From the NCBI GenBank assembly GCA_037131125.1, contig JBAXRR010000004.1, positions 1-48,042 on the forward strand: 48,042 nucleotides of DNA, read 5' to 3'. Positions 20,594 to 30,000 of the stretch are shown here, piece by piece. The stretch's first letter is position 1, and each line of letters begins with the position of its first letter. The notes below the pieces were generated by a model. That model saw only the letters and a program-made list of their open reading frames with translations, was not told where the DNA came from and searched no databases. A program made the position numbers and the translations under genes. Source of the DNA: a bacterium (lineage in GTDB: Bacteria > Patescibacteriota > Dojkabacteria > GCA-016699595 > JBAXKR01).

Positions 20594-21265
20594 TTATATT
20601 TCTGATTTTCTTGTCTTTATTTTTATCGCTCTTACTCCAAAAAATACTAAAGTAAATCCTAGAAGTATTTCCGAAATAATTGCTAGCCTATTATCACTAA
20701 ATATGGCAGTTGATGGGAGATCCTTAGAGGTATAAGCAGGATCAGCCGAATATGTAAAAGATGTTCCAAGTGTTGCTGGTGTTAACTGATTAGTCAAACT
20801 CACATCCGTTCCTAATGTAACTATTGATTTTGAATCTATCTTTAATACTGTATCTTGGGCTGATACTCCAGAAAGTGTTTTCACCTTTAATACTGCTAAT
20901 AACCCACTTCCTGTATAGGAAGAATATGTTCCGTTTTGAATCCTCATTAGACCTGTTGAAAAGTCTGCTCCATTATATAGTCCACTAGTATTAAATTCTG
21001 AAATCGTACCTTTTGATGCTGTTACACTTAATACCGCTGGATCATATGATATATAAACATCTGCTACTGATATCGCTGTCCCTGCTGTATTTATATTTAC
21101 ATTTATCGTCTGCTCTGTTAACCCTATCGTTCCATTCTCTGGTGATAAGGTTAAAGTTACACTCCCTGCTGCATTTACAGAAGTTGGAAAGAATCCAATA
21201 GAAATAAATAGAGCAATTACAACAACACTAAAAACATTTATAATTTTTGACATTTTCAATTTCAT
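20594..21265 (-). CDS. Cohesin-domain protein with C-terminal LPSTA sorting-like motif, TM and basic tail
   Basis: 223 aa. Signal peptide ending VNA; LTLSPENGTI...INVNINTAGTAISVADVYISYDPAVLSV...YTGSGLLAVLKVK is cohesin-like; then DLPSTA, hydrophobic segment, KIKTRK. Confidence 0.75.
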   Translation of the reverse strand: MKLKMSKIINVFSVVVIALFISIGFFPTSVNAAGSVTLTLSPENGTIGLTEQTINVNINTAGTAISVADVYISYDPAVLSVTASKGTISEFNTSGLYNGADFSTGLMRIQNGTYSSYTGSGLLAVLKVKTLSGVSAQDTVLKIDSKSIVTLGTDVSLTNQLTPATLGTSFTYSADPAYTSKDLPSTAIFSDNRLAIISEILLGFTLVFFGVRAIKIKTRKSEI

Positions 21266-21310
21266 TTAAGTAGATTCAAATTTTATTCTACTTTGTATTA
21301 TTATTTATAT

Positions 21311-21886
21311 TTATTCCAATGTAAAATTATAATTAACCAATGTGTTTGAAAGTTCATTTAAAGACATATCTACTCCTGCATTAGCAAATGAAGTGGATTC
21401 TAATGATAACGTTGGGGATGCCCTATTACTTGTATCTGCTAAAGATAGAGTTGCTAAAACTCCACTTCCAGTAAATCCAGTTAGATTTCCTGCTTGAACA
21501 GTTAGTTCTCCATTTTCAGTTTTGCCTAAGAATAAATCATTTAAATTTGTAATAACACCTTTATTGGCAATAACAATAGACGATCCATCTGAAATAGCAA
21601 ATCTCAAATCTAATGCTGTAACCTTAGTTCCATTAGTATTTAGGTTTAAATTATATTTATTTGTTCCAACTTTATCTATAGAAACAACAACATTTCCAGT
21701 TGGTGTAGGAACTTTGTAGCTTGAGTTAGTACTTGAAGAGACATTCGATACAACACCTGAATTAGAGTTCGCAACTTTTACATTTTGCCCTCTTACGTAT
21801 AGTAAAACACCGAAAATTAGTAACGAGGAAATCATTATTATTGCGACAACAACAATTAATGATTTTGTATTTTTTGTATTTTCCAT
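21311..21886 (-). CDS. N-terminally membrane-anchored cohesin-like protein
   Basis: 191 aa. N-terminal TM, Ser/Asn linker; LNLNTNGTKVTALDLRF...FTGSGVLATLSL resembles the neighbouring cohesins. Confidence 0.6.
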   Translation of the reverse strand: MENTKNTKSLIVVVAIIMISSLLIFGVLLYVRGQNVKVANSNSGVVSNVSSSTNSSYKVPTPTGNVVVSIDKVGTNKYNLNLNTNGTKVTALDLRFAISDGSSIVIANKGVITNLNDLFLGKTENGELTVQAGNLTGFTGSGVLATLSLADTSNRASPTLSLESTSFANAGVDMSLNELSNTLVNYNFTLE

Positions 21887-21911
21887 TTGGCAGTGTTAAT
21901 AATTAATAAAT

Positions 21912-24503
21912 TTATCTTACGCAAGCCTTATTTGTTGTAGTTCTGTAATTTGTTAGAGCTACTACGAAGCTAGCGAAATCCATAATATCCACAACATTAT
22001 TTTTAATAATATCGGCAAATCCACAATTACTTGATGCAATTTGAGCATCTTTTTTCTGATAGCAAGCTCTCCATTTTGCAAAATCCATAATATCTATCCT
22101 TCCATCATTATTAAAATCATATGCAACACAAGAAGCATGAATATTTGATGACGTAGTAGATCCTGAGCTACTTGTTGTTACAACATCATTTGATGTGTTA
22201 TTACTACTATTTGTAGATGCTGAAGAAGAAGTAGATGCAGTTGAAGAGGCTGTTGAGCCACCACCAGTTGCCGTAACTGTTACAGTTGCTGTATTTGTCT
22301 TACATGTTGTCCCTATTACTCCAGTGAAAACATATGCTCCAGGTATAGTGTAGGATGCATTCTCAAATGCTCCTGCAGAGCCAACTGATTCCAAACTACC
22401 ATCAGGTTTTTGAACTTGAATGGCAACAGTTGTATCAGTATTTCCACCACTTACTGCTACAACCTTAAATGATTGTGCAGGATTAACTGTCAATGTTTGT
22501 GAAAGAGGTGTTGTTGAATTTGGTTGAACTCTAAGAATTGCAGTTGGACAATTTGCAGTTGGAAGTCCTGGAGCACCAGTTGTTAATCCTATGGAAAGAT
22601 GAGGTAATTTAGGATAATTAGCTGCTGTCGCTGTCGCACTAATTGAAAATATAGCTTTAAAGGATATTTTCTTTGAGGCAGTTGGAAATGCTTGCATAAA
22701 AGTTTGATTTGACAATTCTGCTGATGTATTTGAATTCATATTACTTGTTGCATTAACCCATGCAGAACCATTCCAGTATTTCCAAGTTGATCCTGTTTCA
22801 CAGACAGACCCATCATTATCACAAAGTTGATAAGTAATTTTACCTTTTGTTGAATCTCTAGTGTCGAAGCCAGGGTTTGTTGTACATGCAGAACTGCCTG
22901 ATGTTGATACACCTAAAGTACCTTCACAAAAGCTATTCCATTTATTCAAATTTGTAAATGAATACGATCCCGCTAGAAATATAGTCGGCTCTTTTATAAT
23001 ACTAAATTTTGCAAATTTAATTGTTTTTCCAGCTTTCAAAACAAATCCAAATCCTCTTACCCCAACTCCACCCTTAATTGAAGCAGATAACCTTTTCCAC
23101 CCTGCTGCTTTTGTTGCACTAATGTCTGTATATTTTGTAGGGATTGTTTGACCAAAGTAAAATAGCTTAACATCACTTTCAGGGCCAGGATTATACACAT
23201 CTAAATTCATTTCGTACATTGAAGTATCTGCTAAGTCAAGTTTGTTTATAAATTTCACATCAAGTAATGGAGGTGCTGCAACCTCATTGTCAGCTGTTGC
23301 ACTATATGTTGCAGGTTTAGTAATTGTAAATGGTTCACTTGCACATCTAAAACCAATAAATTCCTTTTGATCACTTGGAAGATAGTTTAAATTCATTGCA
23401 AATGCACCAGATATTGAATTATCTCTAAATGAACCTCCACGTAAATATCCATAATTTGTAGAGTCTGTTGAACTTATTTTTCCAGAATATATTTGTCCAA
23501 CTCCTTTTGTTGAATTATATGTGGCTACAGAAGGTTTAATTTGATCAGCAGTTAAGCCTGTACCATATGTTGTTAAAGCTGTAAACTCTCTACTCTTAAA
23601 TCCCGTATCAGTACCTGTACCAACAGGCTGATTTATTCCAGTTATTGTATTATCAGTCCACTCCCAAAGATTACCAGCAAAGTCCCAAATAGGTTGTCCA
23701 TTTGCAAGAGCCAATGTTCGAACTTGTTCATTAGGTCCAGTATTTATTTTACTTTGTAAATCGTCAGGAGAAGCAACTAACACCTTTGATGGAGTATCGT
23801 CATTATGTCCTGAAAACATCGAACCTGTTCCAACTGTTCCACTTGACCAGTTAGCTTGAACTTTTTCAACATTTCTAGCTATTGTCATCCATTCATCATT
23901 TGTAATTAAATGTAATGGCTTTCCATTTATACTTACACTACTACATCTGAGTTTTGCTTCTGTCTGAGATATATGCGCAATTGGATACCCTCCAGGAAGA
24001 GACACAACACTTCTACCATTTGCGGTTGTACACTGATTAGAGGTATCTGCCGCTTTATAGTCAGAATATGTTTCGTAAGAAGTATCTGCTGGAGATGTTA
24101 ACCCAACAGTAGGTGTTGCAGTATTTGCACATTTTGCCTCATACTTCATAACTAAAAAGTCAGTTGCAGAATATGTAGCTTGTGTCCCAGCTAGTATATA
24201 ACCTGATGGAGTAATAGGAACAGCACTCCAATCTGTATTTGCCTTATTAACTAAAGCTTGAGGATAGGCACCAGTACTATCAATTGTAAGTGCAGTTGTA
24301 TCATATGTATACATTGCCGATGTTGAAGAATTTGAAGAAGTCATAGCCCAAGTTTTATACTCGTTATTTGGAGTGTCATTATTAATGACACTAGCTTTTG
24401 TTCTATTATCCAAATCAGTTTTGTAATAAAGTGCAAAACCAACTATTAGTACAACTAGAAACAAAGCAATTATTCCAATGATGACTAGATATTTTTTCTT
24501 CAT
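21912..24503 (-). CDS. Dockerin-bearing surface protein with FGE-sulfatase/C-type-lectin-fold domain
   Basis: 863 aa. N-terminal TM plus DNRTKAS; FLVMKYEAK...HLITNDEW...IWDFAGNLWEW...LRGGSF...IGFRC; Ig-like module; Ser/Thr linker; twin Ca-binding loops DFNNDGRIDIMD and DIIKNNVVDIMD. Confidence 0.8.
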   Translation of the reverse strand: MKKKYLVIIGIIALFLVVLIVGFALYYKTDLDNRTKASVINNDTPNNEYKTWAMTSSNSSTSAMYTYDTTALTIDSTGAYPQALVNKANTDWSAVPITPSGYILAGTQATYSATDFLVMKYEAKCANTATPTVGLTSPADTSYETYSDYKAADTSNQCTTANGRSVVSLPGGYPIAHISQTEAKLRCSSVSINGKPLHLITNDEWMTIARNVEKVQANWSSGTVGTGSMFSGHNDDTPSKVLVASPDDLQSKINTGPNEQVRTLALANGQPIWDFAGNLWEWTDNTITGINQPVGTGTDTGFKSREFTALTTYGTGLTADQIKPSVATYNSTKGVGQIYSGKISSTDSTNYGYLRGGSFRDNSISGAFAMNLNYLPSDQKEFIGFRCASEPFTITKPATYSATADNEVAAPPLLDVKFINKLDLADTSMYEMNLDVYNPGPESDVKLFYFGQTIPTKYTDISATKAAGWKRLSASIKGGVGVRGFGFVLKAGKTIKFAKFSIIKEPTIFLAGSYSFTNLNKWNSFCEGTLGVSTSGSSACTTNPGFDTRDSTKGKITYQLCDNDGSVCETGSTWKYWNGSAWVNATSNMNSNTSAELSNQTFMQAFPTASKKISFKAIFSISATATAANYPKLPHLSIGLTTGAPGLPTANCPTAILRVQPNSTTPLSQTLTVNPAQSFKVVAVSGGNTDTTVAIQVQKPDGSLESVGSAGAFENASYTIPGAYVFTGVIGTTCKTNTATVTVTATGGGSTASSTASTSSSASTNSSNNTSNDVVTTSSSGSTTSSNIHASCVAYDFNNDGRIDIMDFAKWRACYQKKDAQIASSNCGFADIIKNNVVDIMDFASFVVALTNYRTTTNKACVR

Positions 24504-24538
24504 TTAAAATATATTAATTATTTAACTATATAAATATT

Positions 24539-25213
24539 TTAAGATTCTATATCTTTTTTCTTAATATTTGTAACTTTTATGACAAGTGCTACTAGTGAGA
24601 TTCCAATTAACATTTCTGCTAAAAGTGAAGTTAAGTTGTTATCAAAAAGTGCTGTTGAAGGTAAATCTTTTCTTGTATAGGCAGGATCAGCTGAATATGT
24701 AAATGTCGATCCTATTGTTGCTGGTGTTAACTGATTAGTCAAAGTTACATCCGTTGGTAAAGTAGCTGTTGATTTTGAATTTATCGTAAGTGTTGTATCT
24801 TGTGCTGTTGTAACTGCCGAAAGAGTCTTCACCTTTAATACTGCTAATAACCCACTCCCTGTATATGAAGTAAGCATTCCATTTTGAATCCTCATAAGAC
24901 CTGTTGAAAAGTCTCCGGCTGCATACACTCCACTATTATTAAATTCCGCAATTGTACCTTTTGAAGCTGTTACACTTAATACTGCTGGATCATATGATAT
25001 ATAGAGATCTACAACCGCTATTGCTGTTCCTGCTGTATCCAAATTAACATTTATTGTCTGCTCTGATAATCCTATCGTTCCATTCGCTGGTGATAGGGTT
25101 ATTAATACATTCCCAGATGCTCTGACAGGAGATGGAATTACACTCAAAAGTAAAAAGATAAAGATTGATGTAATTGTAAGAATCCTTCCGAACTTAGTTA
25201 TATTTTTCTTCAC
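24539..25213 (-). CDS. Cohesin-domain protein with LPSTA motif, paralog of 20594..21265
   Basis: 224 aa from GTG. The core is highly similar in protein and DNA to 20594..21265; DLPSTA, TM, KKK tail. Confidence 0.75.
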   Translation of the reverse strand: MKKNITKFGRILTITSIFIFLLLSVIPSPVRASGNVLITLSPANGTIGLSEQTINVNLDTAGTAIAVVDLYISYDPAVLSVTASKGTIAEFNNSGVYAAGDFSTGLMRIQNGMLTSYTGSGLLAVLKVKTLSAVTTAQDTTLTINSKSTATLPTDVTLTNQLTPATIGSTFTYSADPAYTRKDLPSTALFDNNLTSLLAEMLIGISLVALVIKVTNIKKKDIES

Positions 25214-25253
25214 TTGGCAGAGTAATTAAAAATAATATATTTTGAAAATCATT

Positions 25254-26813
25254 TTATTTAACACAAGCTTTATTTGTTGTAGTTCTGTAATTTGTTAGAG
25301 CTACAACAAAGCTAGCAAAATCCATAATATCTACAGACTTATCCGAATTAATATCAGCATAACTACAACCACTTGTTGCAATTGCATCTCCTTTCTTTGT
25401 ATAACAAGGTCTCCAAGTTGCAAAATCCATTATATCTATGGCTTTATCCTTGTTGAAGTCGTAGTTTACACAACTTACATCCAATACTCCCCCAATAGTT
25501 GAAGAAGATGTTCCTGAAGTATTAATTAAACTAACTTCTGCTGTTGAATCTTTAATATATTTCGTAGGTAATGTAGTACCATCAAAAATATCATTTGTTG
25601 AAAGTAATTTTGCAGTATTCTTTACTTGGAATGCTGTATATTTTGTATTCTTAAATGTGTTTGTTGTAAATCCTGCAACTGCTGTATTTGCTATTAATAC
25701 CTGTTCTATAGCTGATGTTCCATTATTATCTATTGTATTAGATGTAAATGTAGCTTTTGAACTGTCTTTCAAATCTATTGCTTGTGTTAATTGTCCCGTA
25801 AATGTTGATCCACTTACATTCACCTGAGCACTTCCATGAACACTTACACCAGCAAATGCTGAAGTTGTAAATGTTGAATTAGTAATTTTACCAATTGATG
25901 CACCCTTAAAATATATTCCAGCACCTTTACTTCCAATTACCTTGATATTATCTGCAGTGAAATTAACATCATTTGTTACTGTGTTATTATCCCCACCTAC
26001 TGAAATTCCTGAACATCCACCAGATGACTTTATTGTTAAATTCTTAACAACATAAATACCACCCAATTTACCTAAAGTTAAAGTATTACAAACATTAGCT
26101 GCATTAGATGAGCCATCTATGATTACTCCATCTACACTCTCACCTTCAATGGTCACCTCTTTTGCACCTTGATCAGTGAAGAAGAAGTTAGTTGTATATG
26201 TTCCATTTTTAATATATAGCTTACCCTTTTCAGGAGTTACTTTAACTGCATCTTGAAGTGTTTGATAGTCACAGCCTGATGCACAAACAGTCTTTGTTGC
26301 ACCAGTTGTTGCTGGAAGTGTTGGCACTGTTACGACAGGAGCCACAACTACTGATCCACTAGAAGAAGATCCTGTTCCACTTACTGTTACAGTCGCAGTA
26401 TTTGTTTTACATGTAGTTCCAATTGTTCCTATAAAAATATATGCACCAGGTACTGTGTATGAAGCATCTTCAAATGCACCTGAAGCACCAACTGAAGCTA
26501 CAGTTCCATCTGGTTTTTGAACTTGAATAGATACACTTGTTACTGTTTTACTAGTACCACTATCTGCTGCAACTACTTTGAATGATTGCCCTGGTGTTAC
26601 AGTTAAAGTTTGCGATAATGGTGTTTGTGAATTTGGTTGAACTCTTAAAATGGCAGTTGGACAATTTGCAATTGGTAAGCCTACAAAATTTAAAGCTGTG
26701 GATGCTTTTGTTCGATTATCATAATCTGACTTGTAATAGAGGGCAACACTGAAAAGGAGTGTGGAAACAACAATAATTCCTACAAGAAAGATTCCAAATA
26801 TATTTTTTTTCAT
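25254..26813 (-). CDS. Dockerin-bearing surface protein with right-handed parallel beta-helix (pectin lyase-like) domain
   Basis: 519 aa. TM plus DNRTKAS; Ig-like module; TVCASGCDYQTLQDAV...LYIKNGTY...VTIEGES...VIIDG followed by beta-helix rungs; dockerin loops DFNKDKAIDIMD and DINSDKSVDIMD. Confidence 0.8.
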   Translation of the reverse strand: MKKNIFGIFLVGIIVVSTLLFSVALYYKSDYDNRTKASTALNFVGLPIANCPTAILRVQPNSQTPLSQTLTVTPGQSFKVVAADSGTSKTVTSVSIQVQKPDGTVASVGASGAFEDASYTVPGAYIFIGTIGTTCKTNTATVTVSGTGSSSSGSVVVAPVVTVPTLPATTGATKTVCASGCDYQTLQDAVKVTPEKGKLYIKNGTYTTNFFFTDQGAKEVTIEGESVDGVIIDGSSNAANVCNTLTLGKLGGIYVVKNLTIKSSGGCSGISVGGDNNTVTNDVNFTADNIKVIGSKGAGIYFKGASIGKITNSTFTTSAFAGVSVHGSAQVNVSGSTFTGQLTQAIDLKDSSKATFTSNTIDNNGTSAIEQVLIANTAVAGFTTNTFKNTKYTAFQVKNTAKLLSTNDIFDGTTLPTKYIKDSTAEVSLINTSGTSSSTIGGVLDVSCVNYDFNKDKAIDIMDFATWRPCYTKKGDAIATSGCSYADINSDKSVDIMDFASFVVALTNYRTTTNKACVK

Positions 26814-26859
26814 AAATATGAACGTACAAATAAAAATATTTTTATTCTTTTTTATACTA

Positions 26860-26879
26860 TCACAAAATTAATTTCGTGA
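26860..26879. promoter_or_regulatory. 20-bp imperfect palindrome in the divergent promoter region; candidate operator
   Basis: TCACAAAATTAATTTCGTGA has one mismatched pair. The half-site TCACAAAA recurs at 26885. Confidence 0.35.
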
Positions 26880-27002
26880 ATACTTCACAAAACTAGTTAC
26901 AATATATACACAAATATTGAAGTGTATTTTCTTTATGCATATTTTGTTTACTCGCTTTTCATTAATATATATAATTGAGAAATAGTTAATGATGGATATA
27001 GA

Positions 27003-30000
27003 TTGGAAATTAGGCAGGACAAAAAAAAACTTATATATATAGTATTAACGATTCTTCCAATTACCCTATTCTTTCTTTTCATATTTGGATTCTTTTCAAG
27101 CAGTGATGCTAATGCAGTAAGTACGCAAGCACCAGCTGGGGCTGCAAGTTTTGTAAGTGGTGTTACTACTGCAACAGAAGCAGGAACTCCAACTACTACA
27201 TGTAAACTTGGTGCAAATTCTGCTGCAAATATTGGTGACCTCATAAAAGTAGATGCTGGAAATAATACATTTAATAGAGGACTAAACTTTGGATGGGTGC
27301 TTACAGTTTTAAAAGATATTAACGAAATTAACGGATACGAGGGAATTACTAAAATCAAAAAACTTATACAAGATTTTAGAAAATCTGGTACTAGTGTAAT
27401 TATACGTATATGTAATGGAGCTGAATGTAATGGTTTAGGACCACAAGGAGCAAGTGATATCACAATGGCGAATGATGGAAAACAGTTAGGAAAATATCTG
27501 ACTTTGCTTTCCTATGAACTTATGAAAGACGATCAGGGGGGAGGTGCAAAGACATCTCCATTTTGGGTAATTGCAGGACATAATGAACCTAATGCTGCTG
27601 AATGGAGAACTCCATCAGGAGAAACAGCATTCATGAATTCCCTTATTAACGAAGTATCTGATTCATATGAAGTAAATAAAAATTTATTGGAACTCGGAAT
27701 TACAGATCCAGGACTTTCTGCAAGTGGAGCAATGCCTAAAGAAGCATTCTTCTTTGGAATTAGAAGTAGAATAAATCTATTATCTCCTGAAGTACAAAAT
27801 GTTCCAGATGGAGCAGAATCTTCAACAGCTCTTAAGTATTACGACGCACCAAGTAACGCAGGTGGAGGTGGTGGTGCAGGTTGTAATGGAGCAAAGGGAG
27901 GATACTTTTCCAGGATGATCAAGTGTGGAGCTATATTTGGTGAATTAGATGGAATAGCAACTAACCTATATACAGTTGCAGATATTAAACAAGGATTGGA
28001 ATATGCTCAAACTAGACAAAAGAAACTATATGTACTTGAAAGTGGACCTGAAAATGTATTTAGTAAAGGAGGAGATGCAGTAAGAAATTCAAGTAACAGC
28101 TTTGACAGTGTAGTTGCTTATACAGATGCTGAAGCTAAACAATATAGATATACTTTTGTAGATCAATTTATAAACAATCCCCAAATAGGAGCAATACTCC
28201 CCTTCAATTCTCTTCCACTTAGTGATTTAACTGCAATGACAGGAAATCCTGTTGCAGACAGAGACTTCCAACCATATACAAAGAATATGTATGCGAGAAA
28301 AGATGCAAATGATGCTGAAAATTTTACAAAACTTGCAGGGACAGATAATAGGTACAAAACAGTAACTGTTTCTTCAAAGGATGCTAGTGGTAATGTAACT
28401 GAAAAGAAGATTAAAACTGAACCTGTTTCTATGAATCTAGGATGGCCAGTATTCTATGAGGCACAAGTAATAGATATGTTGAATAGCGCAGGCTGCTCAA
28501 ATGTATTTACAAGACAATGTAACTACCAAGCAGATGGGTCAGATAACAATAAAGTGGCAACAGTAAATGCAGATTCATCAGATACAAAAACTGCATACTA
28601 TGACATGGTAGATTCTATAAAGAATACTGATAAGGAGTCTGCTCTTGCATTTAAGCCATGGACTAAAACAGTTTGTATTAAATATACATACAATGGACTT
28701 GGTGTTGTCTGTGATAAGAAAGATATTAGAAACATAACTATTACCAACATGCTTACAGATGCAGTATTCAAATCTGACATGTTAACAACAGTGCAAGTAA
28801 ATATCCCTCTTGCTAATACTCTTTCAAATACAAGCATAAATGGAACAGATGAATTAAACTACACACAGTATGGAGGATCTTTAAAGAGAATGTCATACCA
28901 AGATAATGTAGATTTTTCTAGAAAATCCGATGCAACTCTTCAAATAGATTTACCTGGTAATGGTGGAGCTAAAACTCAAATAGCATTTCCACAACTTGGA
29001 AGCGCAATAGATCTATATAGTAGAGATTTCTTTGACTACTCAACAACAGATCCAGACGTATTAAATCAACCAAAAGACTTTTTAAATGTTACGTATAAAG
29101 TGCCAAATTCAAGTGTTAAAGCTGACATGTCACCTGCAGGAAGAAGACTGGAACTGGAGAATAGTAAGACTTCAATAAAAAGTATAGGCGAACTTGCAAC
29201 ACCATATGCAAATGCTTCCGGCAAAAGTTCATCTGATTCAAAACTCATTAGAGCAAATGGAACTGACGATACTGGCATGACTAAATATACAGTATATTCT
29301 TCAAGTGTTAATGATCAAGTAGGTCAAGGTGGTGCGATACCCGACTATAAGAATTATCAAGCAATAAAGACTGATGCAAAGACAGACAAAGTTCAATTCA
29401 ATGCATCTGAGATATTAAGTGAAGAAGCAGCAGTAAGTAGAGCACAGTTAGAACAAAACTATTTTGTAAGTTGTTCTAATATAACTGAATATGATAAGAA
29501 CTTGATTGGAGCTGGTGGAAAACCAATGACATTTAAGAATAATGAATATCCAATTGCTGTAAATTATGATCAAGACTATTCTCATGGAAGATGTGATGGT
29601 TATCCAGAAGGTGGAGTACCTGGAGTTAATTTCACAGTAACAGATGGAAGTGGTGCAACAGTTACAGATTATTCTGGAATGGATTCTAATCTAATTCCAC
29701 CAGGAAAACCGGGATCAGCATATAAAGATAATCATTTAACAACAGTTTCAAAAGACTGCTATAGAGCTTGGTGTCAATTAGCATCAAATAAAAGAAAGGT
29801 AGATACAGATCCAGAATTTAATGGTGGTGGTGGTACAAACGCTTCAGCATACTCGTCAGGTGGTTCCCAATTTGCATTTGCATACTTTCCTCTTACAAAA
29901 GATTATTCATTCTTAAGTAAAATACAAACAGCTTCTGCAAATGTAGATTCAGGAAGCGGAATGATGAGGATATTAAGAACTGCATGGGAACAAAGTAATA

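Noticed and set aside
21268-21293. AAGTAGA/TCTACTT hairpin loosely resembling a Cas12a repeat stem
   Set aside because: It is a single copy with no spacers and no cas genes; at most an intergenic mRNA stem-loop.
23335-23455. DGR variable region in the C-lectin-fold domain (LRGGSF...IGFRC)
   Set aside because: No template repeat, reverse transcriptase or Avd gene is in the window, and the domain is internal. Several codons at would-be variable positions (AGA, TCA, ATA, CAA, GAA) cannot derive from AAY by adenine mutagenesis. A remote DGR cannot be fully excluded.
20594-26813. A true cellulosome
   Set aside because: There is no multi-cohesin scaffoldin, CBM3 or recognisable cellulase; the cargos are a beta-helix and a lectin-fold protein.
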